NCBI GenBank assembly: GCA_036125855.1
Contig: JAYZTT010000027.1
Coordinates: forward strand, 77,420-141,419
Length of the DNA stretch: 64,000 nt
Direction: 5' to 3'
Origin: Planctomycetota bacterium
Lineage (GTDB): Bacteria; Planctomycetota; UBA8108; UBA1146
A program made the position numbers and the translations under genes. The notes under the pieces are model-generated. The model was not told the origin of the DNA. It ran no database searches and worked only from the letters and a program-made list of their open reading frames with translations. How positions within the stretch are numbered: the first letter of the stretch is position 1; each line of letters begins with the position of its first letter. Shown here piece by piece: positions 48,609-58,292 of this stretch.

Positions 48609-49303
48609 CGTGGGATGGTCCTTCCGAACTGGTTGAGGATCTGCTGCGTCAGAATCGTTTCGACCTGTCGCGAATCGGGTGGAGACCCCAGTTCCTTCTC
48701 CATCGATGTGACAGGGCAGTCTTGAATCCCGCAGGGGATGATCCACTGGAATGGGGAGAGATCGCCCGAGATCGATAGCGAAAGCCCATGACCTGTCACC
48801 CAGCGTCGAACGCTGAGGCCGATCGAGGCAATCTTGTGTTTCGCGACCCACACTCCCGTGTGATCGGGATCCCTCTGGCCTTCGATGCCCCAGTGGTCGA
48901 GGGTCTCGATCACGGCATTCTCGAGGCATCGGAGCAAGCTGTGCAGATCTCTCTGTTGCGCTCCGAGAGTGAATACCGGATAGGCCAGCAGCTGCCCCGG
49001 GCCGTGATAGGTGGCTTCTCCACCCCGGTCAACTTTCACAATCTCGATCCCCTGCTCCTGGAGAAAGCTGTTTTCAGCCAGGACATCGCAACTACTGGCA
49101 GAGCTGCCCAGGGTGATGACCGGGGATGGTTCAAACAGAATCAGAGTATCCCGGCATTGTGCGGTGGCCGCCACTGCGGGAGATCCGAGTTCGCGCTGAA
49201 GCTCCAGCATCTGCTGGTGGATGGTGGAGAAGGAACTCGGGCCCAGATGCCTCACCAGAACATCGGTACCAGTCTGGGTTGCGGCTGCCGATTTTTGCAT
49301 CAC
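48605..49303 (-). CDS. lipB: Octanoyltransferase
   Basis: RGGEATYHGPGQLLAYPVF and CGIQD motifs. Confidence 0.85.
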   Translation of the reverse strand: MMQKSAAATQTGTDVLVRHLGPSSFSTIHQQMLELQRELGSPAVAATAQCRDTLILFEPSPVITLGSSASSCDVLAENSFLQEQGIEIVKVDRGGEATYHGPGQLLAYPVFTLGAQQRDLHSLLRCLENAVIETLDHWGIEGQRDPDHTGVWVAKHKIASIGLSVRRWVTGHGLSLSISGDLSPFQWIIPCGIQDCPVTSMEKELGSPPDSRQVETILTQQILNQFGRTIPR

Positions 49304-51007
49304 TCACACCAGGGCTGATTCTTCGAAGTCCTCAAGGTTTTGTTTCACCTGGGCCATGAACTGGTCGGCAAGAGCTCCATCGACCAGTCGATGGTCGTAG
49401 GAGAGGCACATGTAGAGCATGTCTCGGATGGCGATCTTGTCACCGTCAACCACCACGGGTCGCTTCTGAATCCCACCGATACCGAGGATGGCGACCTGAG
49501 GTTGATTGATGATCGGGATGCCAAACAGGCCGCCAAACTGTCCTGGATTGGTGATGGTAAAGGTTCCACCAGCAACTTCATCGGGAAGCAGTTGTTTACC
49601 CCGGGCTCTTTGTGCCAGATCGGTGACAGACTTCTGGATTCCTGGGACGCTCAGATCCTGAACATTCTTGATGACAGGGACGATCAAGCCATTTTCCAGA
49701 GCCACGGCGACTCCGATATTGATGGAATGGTGAATCACGATGTCATCGCCATCGAGGGATGCATTGACATAGGGATAGACCCGCAGGGCATCGCTACAGG
49801 CTTTGAGGAAGAACGGCATGAAGGTGAGCTTGGTGCCGTTTCGCGCCATGAAGTCTTCTTTTTGCCGGGCTCTCATCTGAGAGATCGCGGTCATATCCGC
49901 TTCAAAAACCGAGTGGACATGGGCGGATGTCCGGCGCGAGTCGATCATGTGCTCGGCAATTTTGCGTCGCATTACCGACATCTTCTCGACGGTGGTACCG
50001 GACTTTGAAATCTGAGCTGGAGCCGGAGCCGGAGTCGGTGCCGGGGCAGTACTTGCAACATCTGTTGAGGGAGTCGCTGCAGGAGCTGCTGAGGCACCTT
50101 TACCAGCGGTTTCGAGGAACCCCAGGATGTCACCCTTGGTAACCCTGCCGCCGGCGCCGGTGGCTGCGATCACCGAGAGATCCGAGATTCCGTGTTCGCG
50201 CGCAATGCGCCGGACCAGGGGAGAGGAACGAACCTTGTGCCCGGAGCCATTCGAGGTGACCTCGGAAGCGCTCGGTATCGATTCCTTGAAGCTCTCAGGA
50301 GCGGGTTTCTCGGTCACCGTTTCGACCGTTGATGATGCGGCTACTGGTTTGGCTTCTGCAACTGCGACGGAGGCCTCTGGAGTCGCAACTGCCACCACGC
50401 TCGATCCGATTCGAGCCACCACGGTGTTGACCTCGACGGTGGTTCCCGCTTCGACCAGGATTTCTGCCAGGATTCCGCTGGCAGGGGCCGGAACCTCAGC
50501 ATCTACCTTGTCGGTGGAGATTTCGAAGAGAGGTTCGTCCCGTTCGATGGAATCCCCGGTTTTCTTGAACCAGCGAGTCAAGGTTCCTTCGGCGATCGAT
50601 TCACCCATTTGCGGCATCGGAACGTCGGTGAGATCGGTTGCGGAACTGGCCGCGGGAGGATCTGCCGCGGGCACTTCAGCAGGGACCGCTTGCGCCTCGA
50701 CCGGTTCCGCCTCGGGCGCAGTTTCTTGCTCCACCTTTGCAGGTTCACTGACGGTGGTATCGGTGGACGTACCATCTCCGAGCATCGCCACCACCGTGTT
50801 CACCTCAACAGTGGTTCCTTCCTCGATGAGGACCTTTTCCAGGACGCCATCGGCAGGGGAGGGGACCTCCGCATCGACCTTATCGGTCGAGATCTCGAAC
50901 AGAGGTTCATCCCGCTTGACCTGGTCGCCCGGCTGTTTGAACCAGCGGGTCAGTGTGCCTTCGGCGATCGATTCACCCATCTGAGGCATCTTGACTTCGG
51001 TAGCCAT
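49304..51007 (-). CDS. 2-oxoacid dehydrogenase E2 (dihydrolipoamide acyltransferase) with two lipoyl domains
   Basis: Two EISTDKVDAEVP lipoyl-lysine motifs, subunit-binding domain (SSPLVRRIAREHGI), catalytic SYDHRLVDGA. AGGAG lies upstream of the ATG. Confidence 0.9.
   Translation of the reverse strand: MATEVKMPQMGESIAEGTLTRWFKQPGDQVKRDEPLFEISTDKVDAEVPSPADGVLEKVLIEEGTTVEVNTVVAMLGDGTSTDTTVSEPAKVEQETAPEAEPVEAQAVPAEVPAADPPAASSATDLTDVPMPQMGESIAEGTLTRWFKKTGDSIERDEPLFEISTDKVDAEVPAPASGILAEILVEAGTTVEVNTVVARIGSSVVAVATPEASVAVAEAKPVAASSTVETVTEKPAPESFKESIPSASEVTSNGSGHKVRSSPLVRRIAREHGISDLSVIAATGAGGRVTKGDILGFLETAGKGASAAPAATPSTDVASTAPAPTPAPAPAQISKSGTTVEKMSVMRRKIAEHMIDSRRTSAHVHSVFEADMTAISQMRARQKEDFMARNGTKLTFMPFFLKACSDALRVYPYVNASLDGDDIVIHHSINIGVAVALENGLIVPVIKNVQDLSVPGIQKSVTDLAQRARGKQLLPDEVAGGTFTITNPGQFGGLFGIPIINQPQVAILGIGGIQKRPVVVDGDKIAIRDMLYMCLSYDHRLVDGALADQFMAQVKQNLEDFEESALV
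50405..50989 (-). repeat. Internal tandem duplication encoding the two lipoyl domains of E2
   Basis: Two ~215-nt copies (50405-50617 and 50774-50989), offset by 372 nt. Both contain TCGGCGATCGATTCACCCAT on the plus strand. The protein copies are MPQMGESIAEGTLTRWFK...EVNTVVA. Confidence 0.8.
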
Positions 51008-51238
51008 GACGGTAACTCCTGCGATTGAGGTATATGTGATCAGTACTCATCCATCGTGGCCCTGCGCCACGGAATTGAGAAGTCTACCCGGAGAGGGGAA
51101 GAGTTACCATCCTTCCTGGTGACGAGCAGCGGTGGAAACGAGACCGTTCAGCACCGTTTGGCCGCTTCTCTCGCCTCCCGGAGAGAGGCTACTGCAGATC
51201 GATCCGTGCCGGTGCGGGCTGTTTGTGACAGGGATTCT

Positions 51239-52216
51239 TTACCAGCTAGCCAGGGAGCGGATCGCTTCCAGGATGTCGTCTTCACCTGGCAGTGATTCGT
51301 TCTCGAGGATTGCGGCATAGGGAATGGGAACATCAAGTGCAGCGATGCGTTTCACCGGTGCATCGAGATCTTCAAAACAGTGCTCAGAAATTCTAGCAGA
51401 AATTTCTGCCCCGGCACCGCCAGTGAGATTGTCCTCGTGAATCACCAGAACCTTGCCGGTGCTGGAGGCGGTCTGGTAAACCGCATCGAGATCGAGTGGG
51501 CACAATGAGCGCAAATCCAGGATGGCGCACTCGATCCCCTCGCTAGCGGCGCGTTCTGCTGCGGAATTGCAACGATGCAGCATCGCACCCCATGTGATGA
51601 TGGAGAGCGCGTCACCCTCTCGGCGAAGAGCAGCAGTACCCGGTGCTACCGGTTTCGAGTTCTCGTCGAGCTCTCCCTTGAGGGTCCGGTAGAGGGATTT
51701 TTGCTCGAGAAAGATCACCGGATTCGGATCCTCTATGGCACCCAGTAACAGGGTGTAAGCATCGGAGACCGTTGCTGGAACTACCACCTTGAGACCCGGG
51801 GTGTTGAGGAAGTAAGACTCGACCATCTGGCTGTGAAAGGGGCCGGCGTGAACTCCGCCGCCGGAAGGTCCCCGAACGACGATGGGGACCTCCTGACCCC
51901 AGCGAAAATGACAGGTCGCTGCGAAATTGGTCAGCTGGTTGAACGCGCAGGAGATGAAATCGATGAACTGTATCTCGACGATGGGCCGCATTCCGGCCAT
52001 CGCAGATCCTATCGAGGCTCCCACGAGGCCGGTTTCGACGATGGGTGTGTCGATGATTCGATCTGGCCCCCATCTTTCGAGGAACCCCTGGGTCACCTTG
52101 AACGCACCACCATAGGTGGCGATGTCTTCGCCGATCAGGAACGTTCGAGGATCCTGTTCCAGTGCTCTGCTGAGAGCTCTCCGTAGCGCTTCGAGATAAG
52201 TGATCTGCTCGGCCAA
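51239..52216 (-). CDS. 2-oxoacid dehydrogenase E1 component, beta subunit (stand-alone)
   Basis: ITYLEALRRAL...IGEDI...IIDTPIVETG...EIQFIDF... is typical of E1 beta (transketolase Pyr and C-terminal domains). TTG start 11 nt after the lpdA stop. Confidence 0.9.
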   Translation of the reverse strand: MAEQITYLEALRRALSRALEQDPRTFLIGEDIATYGGAFKVTQGFLERWGPDRIIDTPIVETGLVGASIGSAMAGMRPIVEIQFIDFISCAFNQLTNFAATCHFRWGQEVPIVVRGPSGGGVHAGPFHSQMVESYFLNTPGLKVVVPATVSDAYTLLLGAIEDPNPVIFLEQKSLYRTLKGELDENSKPVAPGTAALRREGDALSIITWGAMLHRCNSAAERAASEGIECAILDLRSLCPLDLDAVYQTASSTGKVLVIHEDNLTGGAGAEISARISEHCFEDLDAPVKRIAALDVPIPYAAILENESLPGEDDILEAIRSLASW

Positions 52217-52227
52217 GAGAACCCTTT

Positions 52228-53643
52228 CTACATGTGAATCGCGCCGCCGACGAGGCCGTGCGCTGCTTCCATCATTCCTTCACCGAGAGTTGGGTGAGGG
52301 TGAATCACATGAGCAAGATCTGCAGCGGTACCTTCCAGTCCCAGTATTGCACAGCCCTCACTGATGAGATCTGTAGCATGAGGTCCGATGATGTGAACTC
52401 CGAGGATTTCTCCATACTGCGCATCGGCAATGATCTTGAAGAAGCCGGGGATCGCCTTTCCAACAATTCCTGCCTTGCCCAGGGCAGAGAGTGGAAATTT
52501 GGATACCTTCAGTTCGTGACCCGCTTCCCGGGCAGCGTTCTCTGTCAGGCCAACGCTGGCGACTTCCGGGTGGCAGTATGTCGCATTGGGAACCCGATCA
52601 TTACGAATCGGGTGAGTGTCGATTCCGGCGATGCTCTCGACCGCGATGATTCCCTCGGCGCTGGCAACGTGTGCCAGTTGAGCGGTACCGGCGACGATGT
52701 CGCCGATGGCGAAGATATGACGGCGGGTGGTGCTCTGGTCCGGTTGAACCGGAATGTACCCGTGATCGACCTTGATGCCGACCTGGTCCAGTTTCAGCGA
52801 ATCGGTAACCGGCTTCCTGCCGATGGCGCAGAGCAGAATGTCCGCTTGCAGGGTCTCTGGCTCGTTGCCTTCCGAGGTCAGTACAACTTCGATGCCAGAT
52901 TCGGTGTCGCTGGCACTTTCGAGTCGGGTAGAAACGCGGCTCTTGATTCCCCTCTTCTTGAATGACCTCAGTAGCTCTGCAGAGCACTCGTGATCCTCTA
53001 CCGGTAACAATCGGTCGAGAAGTTCGACCAGGACGACCTCGCTGCCGAAGGACCTCAAGATGGAAGCAAATTCACAACCGACAGCACCTGCTCCGAGAAC
53101 AATCACCTTGCCTGGAATTTTATCGAGTGTGAGGGCTTCATCGCTGGTGATGATTTTCGGGTTTTTGAAGTCGAGGAAGCCCGGTCGTGCCGGTACTGAT
53201 CCGGTTGCCAGGATGATATTTTTGGCTTCGACAATTTTTTCGTTCGAGTTTTCGTCTACCACGCGGATGCTATTCAATCCATCCAGTCGCCCGTGTCCTC
53301 GCACGGTTGTGATCCCGTTCTTTTTCAGCAAGAACTCTACGCCCTTGGCATTTTTCTGTACTACCTTTTTTTGAAACGAGAGTACTGCAGGGATGTCCAC
53401 TTTTGCATCGGGGATGGTGATGCCAAAATAGGAACTTTCTCGGGCAACGTCGATGACGTGAGCACTTTGAAGTAAAGCCTTGGTAGGGATGCAACCGCGA
53501 TGGAGGCAAGTGCCTCCCGGTTGGGGATCTTTTTCAATCAGCACGGTTGAAAGCCCCAGCTGTCCGGCTCGGATTGCCGCAACGTATCCACCGGGGCCTC
53601 CCCCGATGATCGCCACGTCGAAGTTGCCGATCTTCTCGACCAT
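52228..53643 (-). CDS. lpdA: Dihydrolipoyl dehydrogenase (E3)
   Basis: FAD motif IIGGGPGGYVAAIRA, redox disulfide GTCLHRGCIPTK, C-terminal HPHPTLGE. Confidence 0.9.
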   Translation of the reverse strand: MVEKIGNFDVAIIGGGPGGYVAAIRAGQLGLSTVLIEKDPQPGGTCLHRGCIPTKALLQSAHVIDVARESSYFGITIPDAKVDIPAVLSFQKKVVQKNAKGVEFLLKKNGITTVRGHGRLDGLNSIRVVDENSNEKIVEAKNIILATGSVPARPGFLDFKNPKIITSDEALTLDKIPGKVIVLGAGAVGCEFASILRSFGSEVVLVELLDRLLPVEDHECSAELLRSFKKRGIKSRVSTRLESASDTESGIEVVLTSEGNEPETLQADILLCAIGRKPVTDSLKLDQVGIKVDHGYIPVQPDQSTTRRHIFAIGDIVAGTAQLAHVASAEGIIAVESIAGIDTHPIRNDRVPNATYCHPEVASVGLTENAAREAGHELKVSKFPLSALGKAGIVGKAIPGFFKIIADAQYGEILGVHIIGPHATDLISEGCAILGLEGTAADLAHVIHPHPTLGEGMMEAAHGLVGGAIHM

Positions 53644-53929
53644 CTCTCAGTTGTCCTTCCCGCCCTGTATCACACGACAGGGTCAGCCTCCACTGCAGCA
53701 GCAGGATTGGAGGAATAGTATCTGAAACGACCCCTCCGGCTGCGATCCTCAGGGTAGAAAGGTGGACGATACCCTGTTTCCCCCGTTGCCATCCACCAAA
53801 GCTAGACCTGTTCGGTCGCGTTGAATGAGATCGATATCCCCTCTAGAATGGCGGAAATCGGTGCTTTCAACCTTCGAGAGGTCTTGCTCGCCTGCCAGGC
53901 TAGGGGCCTCACCACCGGTCAGGACAAGA

Positions 53930-56092
53930 ATGTCGACCCAGAGCCCACAGTCTTCTCGTAAACGAGGTAGACCCCGTAAGTCCGAGAGGGAAATGATCAA
54001 CATCCACGGTTTGGATGCTTCGGCATTGCTCGCCATCTATCGGAACATGTACCTCAGCCGAGAAATCGATGATGAAGAGATCCGCCTCAAGGGGAAAGGC
54101 CAGATCTTCTTCCAGATCAACGGTTGCGGACATGAGGCCATCAACACGGCTCTTGGAATGGTGTTAGAGCCCGGTAGAGATTGGTTCTTCCCCTACTACA
54201 GGGATCGCGCCCTGATGTTGCAACTGGGTTTGACCCCGCTCGAGATGTTGAAGATGGCGACCGCTTCCCGGGATGAACCGGCGGGTGAAGGGCGGCAGAT
54301 GCCTTCCCACTGGGGAAGCGAACGTTTGCATGTGGTGAACCAATCGTCTTGCACCGGGAGTCAGTGCCTTCACGCGGTTGGCTGTGCGGAAGCCTGGTCG
54401 AAAGGCGTCGAGAATGAATCGTTACAGGAGCGAATCCGGAACTGGTCCGAAGGAGAAATCGCATTTGTATCGATCGGTGACGGAACGACCAGTGAGGGAG
54501 AATTCTGGGAGTCGCTGAGTACCGCCTGCAATTTGAATCTCCCCGTATTGTTTGTCGTCGAGGACAACGGTTACGCCATCAGCGTTCCGGTCGAAGTGAA
54601 TACGCCTGGCGGTTCCATCTCGAAATTGGTGCTCGGTTTTCCGGGGCTCGATGTGCATGAAGTCGATGGGTGTGATCCGCTGGCTTGCTATTCGTTGCTC
54701 AAGGGTGTTGTCGAGGATATGCGTACTGCCAATGGCCCGGCTCTGGTGCACGCCCACGTGGTACGGCCCTACAGCCACAGCCTTTCCGATGACGAGAGCT
54801 CCTACCGCCCCGCTTCCGAACTGGAGGCAGATGCGTTACGCGATCCACTGCACTCCTTCCCGGAGTTCCTCAAGGAGAAGGGGGTTGCCGACGAGGAGAC
54901 TCTCGAGGATCTGCGCCAGCAGGTGAAGCAGGAGGTGCGTCAGGCCTCCGATGAGGCGGTGGCGGTTCCTCAGGCCGATTCAGATACCGTGCTTCATCAC
55001 GTCTATTCGATGGATGTGGATCCTACCAGTTCCGATTTCGAAACCGCCCCGGCAACCGTTGAGGGAGCTCAACCCACCACGATGGTCGATCTGATCAATG
55101 CTGCGCTGAAAGATGAAATGCACCGTGATCCGACGGTACACATCTTCGGAGAGGACGTCGCCGATGCCAGTCGGTCCGAGGTTCTCGAAGAAGTGAAGGG
55201 TAAGGGCGGAGTATTCAAGGCGACCGCTGGGTTGCAGCGAGAATTTGGATCGCAAAGAGTTTACAATTCTCCGCTGGCAGAAGCCAATATCGTCGGACGA
55301 GCCATCGGTATGGCTCTTCGGGGATTGAAGCCGGTCGTTGAAATTCAATTCCTCGATTACATCTGGCCGGCTTTTCACCAGATCCGATCCGAGTTGGCCC
55401 TTCTGCGCTGGCGATCGGCGGGGGCGGATAAATGTCCCGTCGTGATCCGGGTAGCCAGTGGTGGTTATCTGCGCGGAGGAGCGGTCTACCATAGCCAGTC
55501 AGCAGAAACGATGTTCACGCATATCCCTGGACTTCGAGTCGTGATGCCCAGCAATGCAATTGATGCCAACGGGATGTTACGTACGGCGATTCGCTGCGAC
55601 GATCCAGTTATCTTTCTGGAACACAAACATCTGTACCGTCAGACCCATAACAAGGGTGTCAATCCCGGTCCCGATTTCATGATTCCATTTGGTAAGGCGG
55701 CACATGTTCGCAAGGGTGACGACCTCACGATCATCACCTACGGGGCACTCGTCCATCGGTGCGGAATCGCGGCCAAGGAACTGGAGCAGGAGGGGATCGA
55801 GACCGATATCCTCGATTTGCGTTCCCTGGCCCCCTATGACTGGAATTCGATCAAAGAATCGGTGATGCGGACCAATCGAGTGCTCATCGTGCACGAGGAA
55901 TCGTTATCCTGGGGGTATGGAGCAGAGATTGCCGCAAGGATTCAGGACGAGCTATTTGACCACCTGGACGCGCCTGTGCGCCGGATAGGGGCTCTGGACT
56001 GCTTTGTGGCCTACGCTCCAGAACTGGAAGAAAAGATCCTGCCACAGCCAGAGAAGGTGGTGCAAGCGGCCCGGAATCTGGCAAGGTATTGA
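53930..56092 (+). CDS. Fused 2-oxoacid dehydrogenase E1 component (alpha-like TPP-binding part plus beta-like part in one polypeptide)
   Basis: N-terminal half has [15 protein letters not shown]...[16 protein letters not shown] (E1 alpha). The C-terminal half ([13 protein letters not shown]...EIQFLDY...) is a paralogue of the stand-alone beta gene. ATG 53930 is preferred over the track start. Confidence 0.85.
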   Translation: MSTQSPQSSRKRGRPRKSEREMINIHGLDASALLAIYRNMYLSREIDDEEIRLKGKGQIFFQINGCGHEAINTALGMVLEPGRDWFFPYYRDRALMLQLGLTPLEMLKMATASRDEPAGEGRQMPSHWGSERLHVVNQSSCTGSQCLHAVGCAEAWSKGVENESLQERIRNWSEGEIAFVSIGDGTTSEGEFWESLSTACNLNLPVLFVVEDNGYAISVPVEVNTPGGSISKLVLGFPGLDVHEVDGCDPLACYSLLKGVVEDMRTANGPALVHAHVVRPYSHSLSDDESSYRPASELEADALRDPLHSFPEFLKEKGVADEETLEDLRQQVKQEVRQASDEAVAVPQADSDTVLHHVYSMDVDPTSSDFETAPATVEGAQPTTMVDLINAALKDEMHRDPTVHIFGEDVADASRSEVLEEVKGKGGVFKATAGLQREFGSQRVYNSPLAEANIVGRAIGMALRGLKPVVEIQFLDYIWPAFHQIRSELALLRWRSAGADKCPVVIRVASGGYLRGGAVYHSQSAETMFTHIPGLRVVMPSNAIDANGMLRTAIRCDDPVIFLEHKHLYRQTHNKGVNPGPDFMIPFGKAAHVRKGDDLTIITYGALVHRCGIAAKELEQEGIETDILDLRSLAPYDWNSIKESVMRTNRVLIVHEESLSWGYGAEIAARIQDELFDHLDAPVRRIGALDCFVAYAPELEEKILPQPEKVVQAARNLARY

Positions 56093-56166
56093 TCAGGAGA
56101 ATCCGGTAGTCGCGCCGCATTGACTGCTGGTGTAACGGATGGCTTGCCGCCATCTAAGGAGACGTT

Positions 56167-58209
56167 TTGAGCGAACAGAATCTTCGTGACCAGAGATCTG
56201 ATCTGGAAGATCCCGACGAACCTGAAAAAGCGCGCTGGACCCAGCGTCCCTGGTTCTGGTTCTTTCTGATGCTGCTGATGGTTGTCACCACGATGAACCT
56301 CTTTAACGGGGGCATCGATGGGTCTGCAGAGGAGGTCTCCTCTTCTCGACTCTTCGAGGAAGCTCGTAAGGGCAACATCGAACGCCTGGAAGAGCCTGAG
56401 CTCGATATTTTTATTGCGCAATTGAGAGTCCCGATACAGGTCACCGTAACCGATCTCGGTGGTGATCAGTTTGTCGAAACCACCCGTCTGCGCTGCACCA
56501 TCCCCCCTGCTCTCAAGCAAGAGTTGTTCGAGGTTGCTTCGGCCCGGGGCGAGGTCTTGTTCAAGCCAACAACGACACCTGCCTGGCAGGTGATCGTGGG
56601 TGGATTCTTACCGATATTGCTCCTCGTCGCATTTTTCTGGTTCATCAGCAGTCGCGTTCGTCGCCAGATGGGTGGACCTGGCATCTTCGGGAAGTTCTCT
56701 GGAAATCAGGCCAAGCGATTTGAGCGAGGTGAAGAATCGATCTCCTTTGAAAACGTAGCTGGTTTGAAGAATGTGAAGACGGAATTGCAGGAGATCGTCG
56801 ATTTCCTGAAGGAGCCAGAGCGTTTCACCCAGCTGGGGGCGAAGATCCCCAAGGGTGTGTTGCTGGTGGGTCCTCCCGGAACCGGAAAAACTCTGCTGGC
56901 ACGTGCCGTGGCAGGCGAGGCTGACGTTCCCTTCTATTCCATCTCGGGTTCAGAGTTCATCGAGTTGTTCGTCGGTGTCGGTGCATCACGTGTCCGTGAG
57001 TTGTTTGAGGATGCGAAGAAAAATGCACCCTGCATCGTGTTCATCGATGAAATCGATGCGGTGGGAAGATCTCGAGGTGCTGGTCTTGGCGGAGGCCACG
57101 ATGAGCGCGAGCAGACTCTCAACCAGATCCTGTCGGAGATGGATGGTTTCGAGTCGAATCAGGCGGTGATCGTACTGGCAGCGACAAACCGTCCCGACGT
57201 CCTGGATGCAGCACTGGTTCGACCCGGTCGATTTGATCGTCAGGTGGTGGTTGAGCGGCCGCAAAAAGATGGTCGTTGTGCCATCCTGGAGGTGCATACC
57301 CGTCAGATGCCATTGAGCAGTGACGTGGATCTGGATGCTCTGGCTCGCGGAACCATAGGATTTTCCGGCGCGGATCTAGAAAATCTTGCCAATGAGGCAG
57401 CGCTGATGGCGGCCCGTCGTGGTCACAAGCGGATCACTCAGGGAGATTTCGAGAGGGCAAAGGACAAGATCCAGCTCGGCACCCTGAGGGATGAAGCGAT
57501 GAGCGAGAGAGAAAAAGAGCTGACCGCTTATCACGAGTCGGGTCACGCTCTGATCGCCTTGCTGTTGCCAGAGACCGATCCGGTTCATTCGGTGACCATC
57601 GTACCGAGGGGGCGTGCGCTGGGAGTGACGCAGCAGTTGCCGGTTGAAGAGACTCACAATTACTCTCGAACCTATTTGCTGAATCGAATTGTGATTTTGC
57701 TGGGGGGTAGAGCTGCCGAGGATCTGGTCTTCAAGGAGTTCACCACCGGTGCCCAGAATGACCTGGAGCAGGCGACCAACCTTGCCGAGCGAATGGTCTG
57801 TCTCTGGGGAATGAGCGAGAAAATCGGTCCGGTATCGTTCAAGCGGGGAGAGGAGCACGTGTTTCTCGGCAGGGAGCTTGGCGAACCGAGTAACTTCAGT
57901 GAACACACTGCCATGCTCATCGATGATGAGATCCGATCGATGCTCGACGATGCCTATCAACGTGCTCTGAGAATTCTCGGTGAATCGCGCGAAAAGCTCG
58001 AATTGCTGACCAAGGAACTGATCGAGAAGGAAGTCCTCACGGACCGGGAGATCTACGAATTGATGGACATTCCGGTTCCTGATGCGCTGCTCGACACTCT
58101 GGATAACTCCGGGAAATCCGACGATTCGCAGGCTTCGACAGAATCGGAGGAAAAACCTGCAGTTCCTCCTGACGTGGATCCAGGGCTGCTGGGTCTGGAA
58201 GGTGCCTGA
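56167..58209 (+). CDS. ftsH: ATP-dependent zinc metalloprotease FtsH
   Basis: Walker [19 protein letters not shown], second region of homology, HESGHAL zinc motif. TTG start 5 nt after AAGGAG. Confidence 0.95.
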   Translation: MSEQNLRDQRSDLEDPDEPEKARWTQRPWFWFFLMLLMVVTTMNLFNGGIDGSAEEVSSSRLFEEARKGNIERLEEPELDIFIAQLRVPIQVTVTDLGGDQFVETTRLRCTIPPALKQELFEVASARGEVLFKPTTTPAWQVIVGGFLPILLLVAFFWFISSRVRRQMGGPGIFGKFSGNQAKRFERGEESISFENVAGLKNVKTELQEIVDFLKEPERFTQLGAKIPKGVLLVGPPGTGKTLLARAVAGEADVPFYSISGSEFIELFVGVGASRVRELFEDAKKNAPCIVFIDEIDAVGRSRGAGLGGGHDEREQTLNQILSEMDGFESNQAVIVLAATNRPDVLDAALVRPGRFDRQVVVERPQKDGRCAILEVHTRQMPLSSDVDLDALARGTIGFSGADLENLANEAALMAARRGHKRITQGDFERAKDKIQLGTLRDEAMSEREKELTAYHESGHALIALLLPETDPVHSVTIVPRGRALGVTQQLPVEETHNYSRTYLLNRIVILLGGRAAEDLVFKEFTTGAQNDLEQATNLAERMVCLWGMSEKIGPVSFKRGEEHVFLGRELGEPSNFSEHTAMLIDDEIRSMLDDAYQRALRILGESREKLELLTKELIEKEVLTDREIYELMDIPVPDALLDTLDNSGKSDDSQASTESEEKPAVPPDVDPGLLGLEGA

Positions 58210-58292
58210 GGGCCCCGATCTGGAACCGCTCATCAGTTGCCAGTTGCAACGGGCTCGGCGGGCGGGCAGCATCGACTCCAGGGGATCGAATC

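Noticed and set aside
48609-48929. N-terminal extensions of track ORFs: lipA to 48929, lolC/E to 16925, lolD to 15316, first permease from 7762, lipoprotein to 7979.
   Set aside because: The extensions run into neighbouring well-supported genes and lack family-like sequence. Internal ATGs give canonical N-termini and start/stop overlaps.
50127-50984. 285-aa plus-strand ORF rich in Ser/Thr/Ala/Val.
   Set aside because: Antisense to the lipoyl-domain and linker region of E2. Repetitive because the sense strand is duplicated.
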